From positions 1 through 33,147 of the forward strand of contig JABIPD010000110.1 in NCBI GenBank assembly GCA_018698735.1: a stretch of 33,147 nt of DNA. Reading direction: 5' to 3'. Numbering within the stretch: the stretch's first letter is position 1; the number at the start of each line of letters is the position of its first letter. Below are positions 17,319 to 25,899 of this stretch, one piece after another. A program made the position numbers and the translations under genes. Below the pieces are notes generated by a model that saw only the letters and a program-made list of their open reading frames with translations, ran no database searches and was not told the origin of the DNA. This stretch comes from Candidatus Jacksonbacteria bacterium (GTDB taxonomy: Bacteria > Patescibacteriota > Patescibacteriia > UBA9629 > GWA2-43-13).

Positions 17319-18797
17319 AAACAAAATCAATTATATCCATATCAAATTTTAAGAATAGCAGGAATCTTTTTTTTAATTGGAGTATTTGTTGCGACATTTA
17401 TAGTTCCTCCTCCGGTCATCATTGTAACAACAGGAATACTAGCTGCAATCACGCTTGTAATCGCATTTATATTTAAGAAGAAAAGAATAGTAGCTTTGTC
17501 TCTGGCTATTCTTTTTTTATTTTTGGGAATAGGGAGATTTTCGATAGGCACTACAGAATTGCAAAACTCCATCCTTATTCACAAAGAAAAGGAAGTGTCA
17601 TTTAAGGGGGGAATTTTTAGAGAGCCCGAAAGACTTTCAGACAAGCAACGAATTTCGATTCAACCACAAGACTACGAAGGAAATATTCTTGTAACAACCA
17701 GATTGTATCCAGAATATAATTATGGAGATGTCTTAAATATAACCTGTAAAATTCAGCAGCCAGGAGTTATAGAAGATTTCGACTATGGGAATTATTTAAA
17801 AACAAAAACTATCGATGCGGTTTGTTATTATCCTAAAAGCGTTAATGTGGTAGAAACTCAGGGTAATACTATTATTAAATCTATCTTAACGTTAAAGCAG
17901 AAAGTGCTTAGTTCTATTAACCAATCTTTACCAGAGCCACATTCGTCTTTGCTCGCAGGTATTTTAGTTGGAGCAAGAAGAAGCATTCCAGAGGGATTGC
18001 TAGAAGATTTTAATAGGGTTGGTTTAACACATATTATTGCGATATCTGGATATAATATCACACTCATTGTTCGATTTGTTTTAATTCTTGCTCCCTGGGT
18101 CTGGATAAATAGGCGACACGCATTTTGGTTGATGATGCCGTTAATAGGAGTGTTTGTTATTTTTGTTGGTGGACAAGCCTCTGTAGTGCGGGCGGCATTA
18201 TTTGGCATAATTGGAGCATTGGCATATACCATAGGAAGAAAACAATCTATTGGGAATGCATTATTGGTAACAGCTGCCGCCATGGTGGCTATTAATCCAT
18301 GGATTTTACGATACGACGCTGGTTTTCAATTATCGTTTTTGGCAACTCTTGGATTAGTGTATATAGAGCCATTGTTTGAAAGATTAAGAACTGGGAAGTT
18401 TTTGTTTTTAAAAGAGATAGCAACAGCAACACTTGCTGCAACTATCGCGACACTGCCTTTAATTTTATATATATTTGGAAGATTATCTGTTGTAAGTTTA
18501 TTTGCGAATTTGTTAATTTTACCAGTAGTTCCTTGGGTAATGGCACTTGGGGCTGTTGTAACGTTTGTTGTAGCGATTGTTCCTTTAGGATATTTAGCTG
18601 TTTCTGTTGTTTCTTTTCCGGTGTGGATATTGCTGGAATACGTTATTCGAGTTGCAGAGTGGTTGTCTGGGTTTGGGTGGGCGAGTGTTTCTATTGAGTG
18701 GTTTTCGTGGCCATGGTTAATAATAAGTTATGGATTACTGGGTTGGTTGTTGCTTGCTTGGCATCGCAAGAAAATACTCTCCACCTCTAAATTTTGA
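17247..18797 (+). CDS. comEC: ComEC/Rec2 competence membrane channel (DUF4131/OB + Competence domains, no fused nuclease domain)
   Basis: FDYGNYL, GLTHIIAISGYN, SVVRAA, GFQLSF.AT, ANL motifs; start uncertain (first in-frame ATG at 17247). Confidence 0.92.
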   Translation: MRINKFPGSRVGAPHHKDGAPRDDKQNQLYPYQILRIAGIFFLIGVFVATFIVPPPVIIVTTGILAAITLVIAFIFKKKRIVALSLAILFLFLGIGRFSIGTTELQNSILIHKEKEVSFKGGIFREPERLSDKQRISIQPQDYEGNILVTTRLYPEYNYGDVLNITCKIQQPGVIEDFDYGNYLKTKTIDAVCYYPKSVNVVETQGNTIIKSILTLKQKVLSSINQSLPEPHSSLLAGILVGARRSIPEGLLEDFNRVGLTHIIAISGYNITLIVRFVLILAPWVWINRRHAFWLMMPLIGVFVIFVGGQASVVRAALFGIIGALAYTIGRKQSIGNALLVTAAAMVAINPWILRYDAGFQLSFLATLGLVYIEPLFERLRTGKFLFLKEIATATLAATIATLPLILYIFGRLSVVSLFANLLILPVVPWVMALGAVVTFVVAIVPLGYLAVSVVSFPVWILLEYVIRVAEWLSGFGWASVSIEWFSWPWLIISYGLLGWLLLAWHRKKILSTSKF

Positions 18798-18803
18798 TAT
18801 TAT

Positions 18804-18825
18804 AAAACCCATACGTATGTATGGG
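18804..18825 (-). terminator. Intrinsic terminator of the orphan unit between the comEC halves
   Basis: CCCATAC-ATAC-GTATGGG-TTTT on the minus strand. Confidence 0.65.
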
Positions 18826-18914
18826 GAAAGGCTTCGTAGAAATGGTAAGAGCTCGACGCGGGGCGGGTCGCGGCGAGCTCTGGTTACGGGGAACGGATTG
18901 TTGGACGCTGGTGT

Positions 18915-19178
18915 TTATGGCCTTGTGTATGTAACAATGGCCACTACCTCCTTGCTGAAGTCTCGATTGTAGGCCGTCGACTTCAGTTGGACTCCGACGA
19001 ATTCCACTCCTGGAAGTTCGAGGTTAAGCCTTTCTTTAGAACGATCTTCGAGCACGTCTTCCACTCGGTCGTTCTGGCTGACGGTGAAGCCCACCTCAAG
19101 GAGGGGTTCGGAACCTTGATTCCAGACCCAAACCGCGAGTGCTGCTGTTATAACGAGTACGGTCAGAGTTGCTCGCAT
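18915..19178 (-). CDS. Orphan small exported/membrane-anchored protein (87 aa)
   Basis: N-terminal hydrophobic helix, AAGGAAGAGG SD, 7 bp downstream of the preceding ORF. Confidence 0.6.
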   Translation of the reverse strand: MRATLTVLVITAALAVWVWNQGSEPLLEVGFTVSQNDRVEDVLEDRSKERLNLELPGVEFVGVQLKSTAYNRDFSKEVVAIVTYTRP

Positions 19179-19185
19179 GGGAGTG

Positions 19186-19374
19186 TTACCTCTTCCTTAA
19201 CGGATTGCGTAGCGAGAGCCTCGTCAAGGCGATTAGGGTTGCTGCGAAGAGAAGCGCTTGTTCGAGGTCTATCGCCATCAGCTGGTTCAAGCCAAGTTGT
19301 CGTGCTATAGCGGCCGACAACGCGACTGCAGCTAGCAGGGCAGCTGTGAACTTGGGAGTATCTTCGCGGAACAT
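19186..19374 (-). CDS. Orphan 2-TM microprotein (62 aa)
   Basis: Two hydrophobic helices with basic tail; GAAGGGT upstream of ATG. Confidence 0.55.
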   Translation of the reverse strand: MFREDTPKFTAALLAAVALSAAIARQLGLNQLMAIDLEQALLFAATLIALTRLSLRNPLRKR

Positions 19375-19524
19375 AGATTACCCTTCGGGATTTTGAGTGA
19401 GCATCTGCAAGAAGCAGGCGAAGATCAAGATCGAAAGCGGGATGTATTCTATACTGTCCATTCTAAGTCCAACCCAAGCTCTGTGTTAATGCTGATATAT
19501 TAGCATAATAATACTTATTTGTCA

Positions 19525-20418
19525 ATGTTTGTTTTATCTAAAAAATGGCTTGTTTTAACATCTTTTGTGATTTTTTTAGGGGCATTAGGCTTGTTATTGG
19601 TGTTTTATTTTAGTCCAACACAGGCTCTAAAACAGCTCGAAATAACGTTTTTTAATGTAGGACAAGGCGATTCTGTGCTTATTCAAACGCCGTATCAACA
19701 AAACATTATTATCGATGGTGGGCCAGATAATTCGCTTATCCAAAAGCTTGGCAGAACACTGCCTTTTTATGATAGAACCATAGACCTTATCATCATCACC
19801 CATCCGCAGTCAGATCATTTTTTTGGGTTTATAGATGTTTTAGAAAGATATAAGGTAGAACGAATTATAACAGCAGATATTCCGTACGAAACAGAAGATT
19901 GGAAAGCATTTGTATTGCTTGCACAACAAAAAAATATTCCAACGCATTTTGTTTCATCAGAACGCAGCATCACTTTAGGAGAGGATCTTTTTCTCACTTT
20001 TTTATGGCCACAAGAGCAATTTATTAATACTCAAACATTAAAAGACGCAAATGAAGGGTCTGTCGTTGCCGAGCTAGTGTACAAAGATCAGAAATATTTA
20101 TTTGCAGGAGAAATTACCCAGGAGATAGAAAAAAGGTTAATAGAAAAGAATTTGTTTCACGATATAGATGTATTAAAGGTTGCGCATCATGGAAGCAAAA
20201 CATCTACCAGCAAAGAATTTATACACAGCACTACCCCAGAGGTGGCAATTATTATGGCAGGCAAAGAGAATAGATTTGGGCATCCGAATTTTAGAACCCT
20301 TAAAACACTTCAAGATTCGAATATTCCCACATTTCGTACCGATATTCATGGCGACATTACCATTACTTCCGATGGAGCAAGGTATTCGACAGTTCCGCAA
20401 TTTTCTGGTGGTTTATAA
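19525..20418 (+). CDS. Stand-alone ComEC-type metallo-beta-lactamase-fold hydrolase
   Basis: FFNVGQGDS, IDGG, THPQSDH, VAHHGS, NRFGHP, RTDIHG motifs with an N-terminal TM anchor. Confidence 0.9.
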   Translation: MFVLSKKWLVLTSFVIFLGALGLLLVFYFSPTQALKQLEITFFNVGQGDSVLIQTPYQQNIIIDGGPDNSLIQKLGRTLPFYDRTIDLIIITHPQSDHFFGFIDVLERYKVERIITADIPYETEDWKAFVLLAQQKNIPTHFVSSERSITLGEDLFLTFLWPQEQFINTQTLKDANEGSVVAELVYKDQKYLFAGEITQEIEKRLIEKNLFHDIDVLKVAHHGSKTSTSKEFIHSTTPEVAIIMAGKENRFGHPNFRTLKTLQDSNIPTFRTDIHGDITITSDGARYSTVPQFSGGL

Positions 20419-20458
20419 GTTCTCATGTTATAATGGGGTGGAAATTAACAGATGAGCT

Positions 20459-20860
20459 ATGTCACCAAAAAACGCATCTGTCCTTTTAGTTGAGGACGAT
20501 GAATTGCTTTCTCAAATGTACAAAACCAAGTTGTCGCACGATAAATTTAAGGTGACAACCGCGTTAGATGGCGAGGCAGGGTATGCAGAAATAGAAAAAG
20601 GCGACTTTGATGTTGTCTTGTTAGATGTTATTATGCCAAAACTAGACGGTTTTGGGGTACTCGAAAAGATGAAAGCAAACGAGAAAACAAAAGATGTGCC
20701 AGTTATTATGCTTACAAATCTTGGCCAAGACGAGGATATAGAAAAAGGAAAGTCGCTTGGAGCGTACGATTACCTTATAAAAGCAAACTTGACCCCACAA
20801 CAAGTGTCTGATAAAATCAAGGACGTTTTAAAGAAGATTGATAAAGAATCTCAGGAATAA
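20459..20860 (+). CDS. Single-domain CheY-like response regulator
   Basis: LLVEDD, LLDVIMPKLDG, IMLT, GAYDYLIK receiver motifs; no output domain. Confidence 0.93.
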   Translation: MSPKNASVLLVEDDELLSQMYKTKLSHDKFKVTTALDGEAGYAEIEKGDFDVVLLDVIMPKLDGFGVLEKMKANEKTKDVPVIMLTNLGQDEDIEKGKSLGAYDYLIKANLTPQQVSDKIKDVLKKIDKESQE

Positions 20861-20880
20861 GGCGAGTTGCACAACACGCT

Positions 20881-20903
20881 GCCGGCCGAAGGGTCGGTTT
20901 TCT
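20881..20903 (+). terminator. Terminator-like hairpin between the response regulator and ndk
   Basis: GCCGGCC-GAAG-GGTCGGT-TTTCT. Confidence 0.55.
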
Positions 20904-20918
20904 GAATCTCATATATAT

Positions 20919-21512
20919 ATGCACAAAAAGATGAAACAAGAGCGAACATTAGCGCTGGTTAAACCAGATGGAGTAAAACGGGGGCTTATTGGCGATATTA
21001 TTAATCGTGTCGAGCGCCGCGGGTTAAAGGTAATAGCCATGAAAATGGTTTGGGTAGACAGAGAACACCTCGAAAGCCATTTGCCATCCGATCCTGCCTG
21101 GGTAGAACGCTTGGGAGAAAAAACTTTGAGCACTTTTGAGGAATATAAAATAGATCCTATCAAAGCTCAGGGAACAGACGACAAAAAAGAAATTGGAACA
21201 ATGGTTAAAGAACAAATTTTTGAATACTTATCATCTGGGCCTATTGTGGCGATGGTTATTCAAGGAATTCATGCGATAGATATGGTTCGTAAATTGGTTG
21301 GCCATTCATTGCCTGTATTTGCGGAAATGGGAACTATTCGAGGTGACTATAGTGTAGATTCTCCAGCAGTTGCAAATTTAGAAAAACGTGCAATTAAAAA
21401 TATTGTACATGCCTCGGAAACGCAGGAAGAATCGGACAACGAAATTGGATTGTGGTTTACCCCAGAGGAAATTCACGATTATAAACGAGCAGAAGAAGAT
21501 ATAATGTTTTAA
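20919..21512 (+). CDS. ndk: Nucleoside diphosphate kinase (long form with internal insertion)
   Basis: ERTLALVKPDGVKRGLIG, SGPIVAMV, GTIRGDY, NIVHAS; start moved to ATG 20919 to avoid overlap. Confidence 0.95.
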   Translation: MHKKMKQERTLALVKPDGVKRGLIGDIINRVERRGLKVIAMKMVWVDREHLESHLPSDPAWVERLGEKTLSTFEEYKIDPIKAQGTDDKKEIGTMVKEQIFEYLSSGPIVAMVIQGIHAIDMVRKLVGHSLPVFAEMGTIRGDYSVDSPAVANLEKRAIKNIVHASETQEESDNEIGLWFTPEEIHDYKRAEEDIMF

Positions 21513-21525
21513 TTTTTCATCACTC

Positions 21526-21557
21526 AAAAAGAAAAGGGGCCGAAAGGCTCCTTTTTA
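21526..21557. terminator. Bidirectional terminator after ndk
   Basis: AAAAGGGGCC-GAAA-GGCTCCTTTTT. Confidence 0.85.
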
Positions 21558-21774
21558 GTTTTCCACAGTTTTTCTTGACGCATGAATGAAAATTCTTTAA
21601 TGTAAGTATCAATATGCATCAGCAGACATCCAAACTCTTTATTATTAATAAACTTGTCACAGACAAGGTGAGTTTTGATACTGAAGCATAAGCGTAGATA
21701 ACCTAAGCAGAAATCAAGACTCGCCACCTAAAAAGGGCGATGTTTTTTTCTGCCTATCTCGGAGAGGACAAACC

Positions 21775-21912
21775 ATGGCGACCGAACACCTCGACGAAGA
21801 GCGGCTTGAAGAAGAACAGCCCGAACACCATACGAGTGCCGAGGCGGCTGAGAAGTTTCTAGCTACTTTGAGAGACGCCGAGTTCGACTACGCTTGCCGC
21901 TGTCAGAGCTAG
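21775..21912 (+). CDS. Orphan acidic microprotein (45 aa, MATEHLDEERLEEEQPEHHTSAEAAEKFLATLRDAEFDYACRCQS)
   Basis: Below the ORF-track cutoff. GGAGAGGA SD; TTGTCA-17-GATACT promoter (21654-21682) upstream. Confidence 0.55.
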   Translation: MATEHLDEERLEEEQPEHHTSAEAAEKFLATLRDAEFDYACRCQS

Positions 21913-21974
21913 GCCAAGGAACGGGCGCAAGAGAGAGCACCCTACGAGTTGAAGCCAACAAAAAGGAGTCCATT

Positions 21975-22250
21975 GTGGCTCAAAAAATCGCAACGCCGAG
22001 CAGCACGAAAATCCACATTACAGGAAGCCTTCCTTGTGGGGGTTGCTGCGGAGACGAGAACGGAGTCAACTGCGGACTTGCACCTGGCGGCTGCTGGGGA
22101 ACGGATTTTCTCGCGGGCGAACCTGGAATGTCAGGCGACCCGCAGCACTCCGGCGCGATTCCGCCGCCAGATGCCGATGATGGTGATGTCACCTGGGCAA
22201 CATGGTGCAATGATGAAGTAGGCGGACAGGGCCTGCGTGGTGCGGACTAA
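21975..22250 (+). CDS. Orphan Cys/Gly/Asp-rich small protein (91 aa)
   Basis: AAGGAG SD at 21963-21968 before GTG 21975; CGGCC...C...C motif; followed by a hairpin at 22267-22304. Confidence 0.55.
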   Translation: MAQKIATPSSTKIHITGSLPCGGCCGDENGVNCGLAPGGCWGTDFLAGEPGMSGDPQHSGAIPPPDADDGDVTWATWCNDEVGGQGLRGAD

Positions 22251-22308
22251 CCGGTACGAGAACTTGGAAGGGAGAGGTAGATAACGATTTGCCTCTCTCC
22301 TTCCCCAC

Positions 22309-22528
22309 TTGACAAATAGGGAGGAAGTGGTAGAATTATTTTCGGTATATGTATTATCAGCACTCTAAATGCACATCAGCGAATGTGAAATCCCGTTTTA
22401 ACGGGATGGGGTTTGGTACTGCATAGCGAACGACTTGAAACGAACGATGTGCTCACCAGAGACCCCACGACGAAAGGGGTTTTTTGATGGGCTAGGCTGA
22501 ATCCTAAGGAAGCGAAGGAGCGGTTTCC
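22309..22528 (+). promoter_or_regulatory. Promoter and structured leader with terminator/antiterminator potential
   Basis: TTGACA-16-TAGAAT; GCACATC/GATGTGC stem; ACCCC...GGGGTTTTTT terminator-like hairpin with alternative partner GGGGTTTGGT. Confidence 0.5.
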
Positions 22529-22723
22529 ATGTCCGTCGCAAGCAATCACACTCCGCCAGAAGTAACTGCGTTATCTGTCGATCCGGCAGAGGTTCTGGTG
22601 GAGGTAACCGACGACACTGTTGTCACAGAGCCTGTGGAGCCTCCGACTGCTTCACCGTCGCCTCGAACCGACTATTTGGCGTTTGATTTTCCAACATCGA
22701 CGACGTGGAAGATCGGTCGCTAG
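22529..22723 (+). CDS. Orphan low-complexity microprotein (64 aa)
   Basis: AAGGAG SD upstream; P/T/V/E-rich. Confidence 0.45.
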   Translation: MSVASNHTPPEVTALSVDPAEVLVEVTDDTVVTEPVEPPTASPSPRTDYLAFDFPTSTTWKIGR

Positions 22724-22839
22724 AGCCCGAAGACTGAGATCATTTCGTCACCGAGGAGGCTGTGCGTGTATCCAACAGATACTTATACGCACGGCCTCTC
22801 TTCATTTCAATTTAATACTAATAATGATATACTGTATTT

Positions 22840-23064
22840 AGCTGAGGCTAGGGGTGTAAAATGTGTTCTATAAAAAATCTCAAGGTAGTCCTTATCGATC
22901 ACTTCCGTGGAAGTGGTCTGCGGGCTCATGCGTTTACTCTGCCTTTAGGTAGACTAAACTACTTGCACTTGGGAACACTTTTCACTTCTGGTTAAAGCAC
23001 CAAGGGTTTATGACACACCATGGTATTTAGCTCACCCTCTTTCGGGATTATCCCCAAGAGGGTG
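22840..23064 (+). ncRNA. Candidate structured non-coding RNA, family unassigned
   Basis: Extended -10 TGATATACT; nested long stems with G-U pairs on the plus strand; closing hairpin CACCCTCTT/AAGAGGGTG; no ORF of 60 aa or more. Confidence 0.55.
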
Positions 23065-23111
23065 TTGCTTATTAAAGAAATAAAAAACACCGACTACTGT
23101 GTTTTTGTTTT

Positions 23112-23178
23112 GTAGAGACGTATCGGTGATACGTCTTATTTAAATGTATCAAAAGACGCGGCATCGCCGCGTCTCTAC
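23112..23178. repeat. GTAG-type REP doublet
   Basis: GTAGAGACGTATC-GGT-GATACGTCT and inverted AGACGCGGC-ATC-GCCGCGTCTCTAC. Confidence 0.7.
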
Positions 23179-23191
23179 CGATTGTGTCATG

Positions 23192-23227
23192 TCCCCTCCT
23201 TTAGAAGGAGGGGATAGAGGGGTGGTC
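23192..23227 (-). repeat. CCCCTCT..TCCCCT-type REP-like palindrome
   Basis: TCCCCTCCTT...AAGGAGGGGA hairpin plus TAGAGGGGTGGTC tail; similar copy at 33017-33053. Confidence 0.6.
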
Positions 23228-23230
23228 TGT

Positions 23231-24691
23231 TTAATCTTTTTTACGTAGCAAAGGAAACAGTACTACATCTCTTAAATTTGAATTCCCAGATAACAAAGAA
23301 ACAAGTCTATCTACTCCCATACCCCAACCAGAAATTGGCGGCATACCATGTTTCATGGCAGTAATATATTCGTCGTCGCCTTCCATAACTTCTGTCTCAC
23401 CTTCTTCTTTACTTTCTGCCTGTTCTTCGAAGCGTTCTTTTTGGTCGATAGGGTCTACAAGCTCGCTGTAGGCTTTTACAATTTCCCAACCATTTATTAC
23501 TAATTGGAACTGGTCTACTATGTTTTCGTCTTTGTCGTTTCTTCGTGCAAGCGGTTGTAATACAGCAGGGTAGCCGTATAGAAACACTGGGTTAATTAAT
23601 GTCGGACGAACAACTTTTTTATAGAGATTATCCATTAACCCTGGCAACGACATTTCGTCTAAGCCTTCGAATGCTATATCTTTCTTTTTTATAGCCGCTC
23701 GTAGTTCATCTGCCTCGGTATAGGCAGTAATGTTTATTCCAGTTTTTTCTTTTAAGAGTTCTACAAAGTTTTCTCGTGGCCATGGTTGTTTAAAGTTTAC
23801 TTTGGTGCCATCTTCGTATTCGATTGTTTCTGGAATGTTTAATTTCTCGAATAGCGTTGCAAACACTTTCTCGGTAAAATCTATGTTGTCTTCAAAATTC
23901 CAATACGCAGCATAGTGTTCCATGTGTGTATGCTCTGGTAAATGAGATGGATCTAATCCCTCGTTTCTAAATGCTTTCCCTATTTCGAATACTTTATCAA
24001 ACCCACCTACAATTAATTCTTTTAATGGCAGCTCGTGAGAAATACGTAGGAATAAATCTTGATCCAACGCATCGTGGTGCGTTTTGTATGGGTTTGCAAC
24101 CGCACCAGTAGCAGCATGAGTAAGGGTTGATGTCTCTACTTCGTGAAACCCATGTTGCCAATAGAATTCGCGTAATGTTTTTATAACATTACTTCGGAAT
24201 ACAAATAATTCCTTGCTGTCTTGGTTTGCAATTAAATCTAAATATCGCTGACGATATTTTATTTCGGTGTCTTTTAATCCAGCCCATTTTTCTGGAAGCG
24301 GTAAGAGTGCTTTGCCGAGGAATACTGTTTTATGGGCTTTTAGTGAAAGCTCACCAGATTTTGTAACAAACATTTCTCCAGATACACCGATAAAGTCTCC
24401 GAGTGAATATATTTCATGAAACTCGGTATAGGCATGTTCTCCTACAGCATCTTTTTGTAATACCACTTGGATTTTGCCGGTAATATCTGAAATATGGCAA
24501 AATGTAATTTTCCCCATCTTTCGAATAGAGGTAATTCTGCCGGCTGTAGATAGGGTGTCTTCTTCTTTTAATCCTAATGCCTGCTGGATTGTTTTGTCTT
24601 TAGGAAATTTTTCTGGATACGGAGCAATACCAGCTGTTTTTATTTTTTTAAGCTGATCTTCGCGTGTTTGGAGTTCGTCTTGTAATGCCAT
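23231..24691 (-). CDS. lysS: Lysine--tRNA ligase (class II)
   Basis: OB-fold AGRI..IRKMGK, YRQRYLDLI, FRNEG...H.PE, YSELVDP, GMPPISGWGMGVDRL. Confidence 0.97.
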   Translation of the reverse strand: MALQDELQTREDQLKKIKTAGIAPYPEKFPKDKTIQQALGLKEEDTLSTAGRITSIRKMGKITFCHISDITGKIQVVLQKDAVGEHAYTEFHEIYSLGDFIGVSGEMFVTKSGELSLKAHKTVFLGKALLPLPEKWAGLKDTEIKYRQRYLDLIANQDSKELFVFRSNVIKTLREFYWQHGFHEVETSTLTHAATGAVANPYKTHHDALDQDLFLRISHELPLKELIVGGFDKVFEIGKAFRNEGLDPSHLPEHTHMEHYAAYWNFEDNIDFTEKVFATLFEKLNIPETIEYEDGTKVNFKQPWPRENFVELLKEKTGINITAYTEADELRAAIKKKDIAFEGLDEMSLPGLMDNLYKKVVRPTLINPVFLYGYPAVLQPLARRNDKDENIVDQFQLVINGWEIVKAYSELVDPIDQKERFEEQAESKEEGETEVMEGDDEYITAMKHGMPPISGWGMGVDRLVSLLSGNSNLRDVVLFPLLRKKD

Positions 24692-24750
24692 AATGGAGTA
24701 ATCGTATACGAGCGGGCGTGAAAAATCAATTAGGGAGATAATTTTGGAAT

Positions 24751-24785
24751 AAAAACGGGTACCCCTGGAGTCGTTGAGGTACCCT
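24751..24785 (-). terminator. Terminator of the orphan unit upstream of lysS
   Basis: GGGTACCTCA...GGGGTACCC-GTTTTT on the minus strand. Confidence 0.7.
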
Positions 24786-24832
24786 TGAACACATAGCTCG
24801 TGTTCGATAATGCACGAAGCGCATCCAGGCCG

Positions 24833-25309
24833 TCAGTCGTGTGTGCTGGCTTCGTGTCTGGGATGCTGAAGCGCAGCATCGATGACTTGTAGCTCCTGCC
24901 CGGCTCTTCGGTTTTCCATCCAGTCGAGAATCCCTTGGAGCTCTTCGCGCGTAGTTGCTTTGGCGGAATTCTCAGGGTTGAAGGTGTCCCTTCTTCCTAT
25001 CTTGACGATCCCGCTGTTTTTCGCGCTCGGGATGACGATCACATCCGGCCAAGTATCCGTCGACTCCTGGATGTGCCGTGCTGCCATCGCCCTGATTCGA
25101 GTTCCTGTATTGCAGAGGTCACTCAAGTCGATGACTACCGCCCGTTTGCCAGCTGCAGCGCGGTTCAGGTTCCCGAAAGTTCCGGATCCTGTTCGCCTGT
25201 CAACATCTTCTCGAAGTAGGCGATCTAGCATGGTCTCGATCTGGTGGTCTCCATTGAGACCGGCTATCGCGGGGTGGTGGTTTTCGGGGCCGAGAACGAG
25301 AAGTTTCAT
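24833..25309 (-). CDS. Orphan hypothetical protein (158 aa)
   Basis: ATGA 4-bp overlap with the upstream ORF (translational coupling); GC-rich composition. Confidence 0.6.
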   Translation of the reverse strand: MKLLVLGPENHHPAIAGLNGDHQIETMLDRLLREDVDRRTGSGTFGNLNRAAAGKRAVVIDLSDLCNTGTRIRAMAARHIQESTDTWPDVIVIPSAKNSGIVKIGRRDTFNPENSAKATTREELQGILDWMENRRAGQELQVIDAALQHPRHEASTHD

Positions 25310-25713
25310 GTGGCGATTCCGTGTGCTACGAGAGTCTCTTTGGTGAAGAGTTCTCTCATGATTTCCGATGCAGCTCGTGAAGGTAAGCTGATGTGCGCGA
25401 GCTCGAGTGAGCTGCGCACGTGTGGGTCGTCTGCTGCACCCAGTACTAGGGGTGCTGGCGAAGACAACTCGAGGACATCAACAACCGTAAGAGGCGCTGT
25501 TGTTCCATTGGCAGCGAGAAGAGAAAGCAATGTCCAGGCGAGCTGACGAACCTCTAGAGTTGTGCCATCTCTGGCAAACCGAGAGAGGCTTTTCCTCTGC
25601 ATCTGAGCATTTGTTTCTGCCATGCTAGGAAGCCTGGCATTCTCCCCCCTCCTTTGTTGGGGGAGACGGAAGCCGATGAGTGCTGCAGCTGATGTTACTT
25701 GTGACGAAGACAC
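25306..25713 (-). CDS. Orphan hypothetical protein (135 aa)
   Basis: AGGAG SD before GTG; TTGACA-17-TATATT promoter at 25765-25793. Confidence 0.6.
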   Translation of the reverse strand: MSSSQVTSAAALIGFRLPQQRRGENARLPSMAETNAQMQRKSLSRFARDGTTLEVRQLAWTLLSLLAANGTTAPLTVVDVLELSSPAPLVLGAADDPHVRSSLELAHISLPSRAASEIMRELFTKETLVAHGIAT

Positions 25714-25819
25714 CGAGACGCTCCTGTCGAGTCTGTGTGGAAGGGACGATTTCCTGCTAATACGAATATACTAAATAATGATTTTAATGTCAATTTAATC
25801 TTGTGGTTTATGGATCAAA

Positions 25820-25852
25820 AAATAAACGGCTCACTGCATGAGCCGTTTATTT
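25820..25852. terminator. Bidirectional terminator downstream of the NDH-2 gene
   Basis: AAATAAACGGCTCA-CTGCA-TGAGCCGTTTATTT perfect inverted repeat. Confidence 0.85.
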
Positions 25853-25899
25853 ATGCTAAAGAAAGCCTAATTTGAGATTTAAGTTTTTAAATCCTTGCT

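Noticed and set aside
21775..22221. TAG read-through fusing the 45-aa ORF to ORF 21949..22221
   Set aside because: The frames match, but TAG is a normal stop elsewhere (ftsA, ftsZ, prfB), and an SD-led ORF in another frame explains the downstream DNA better.
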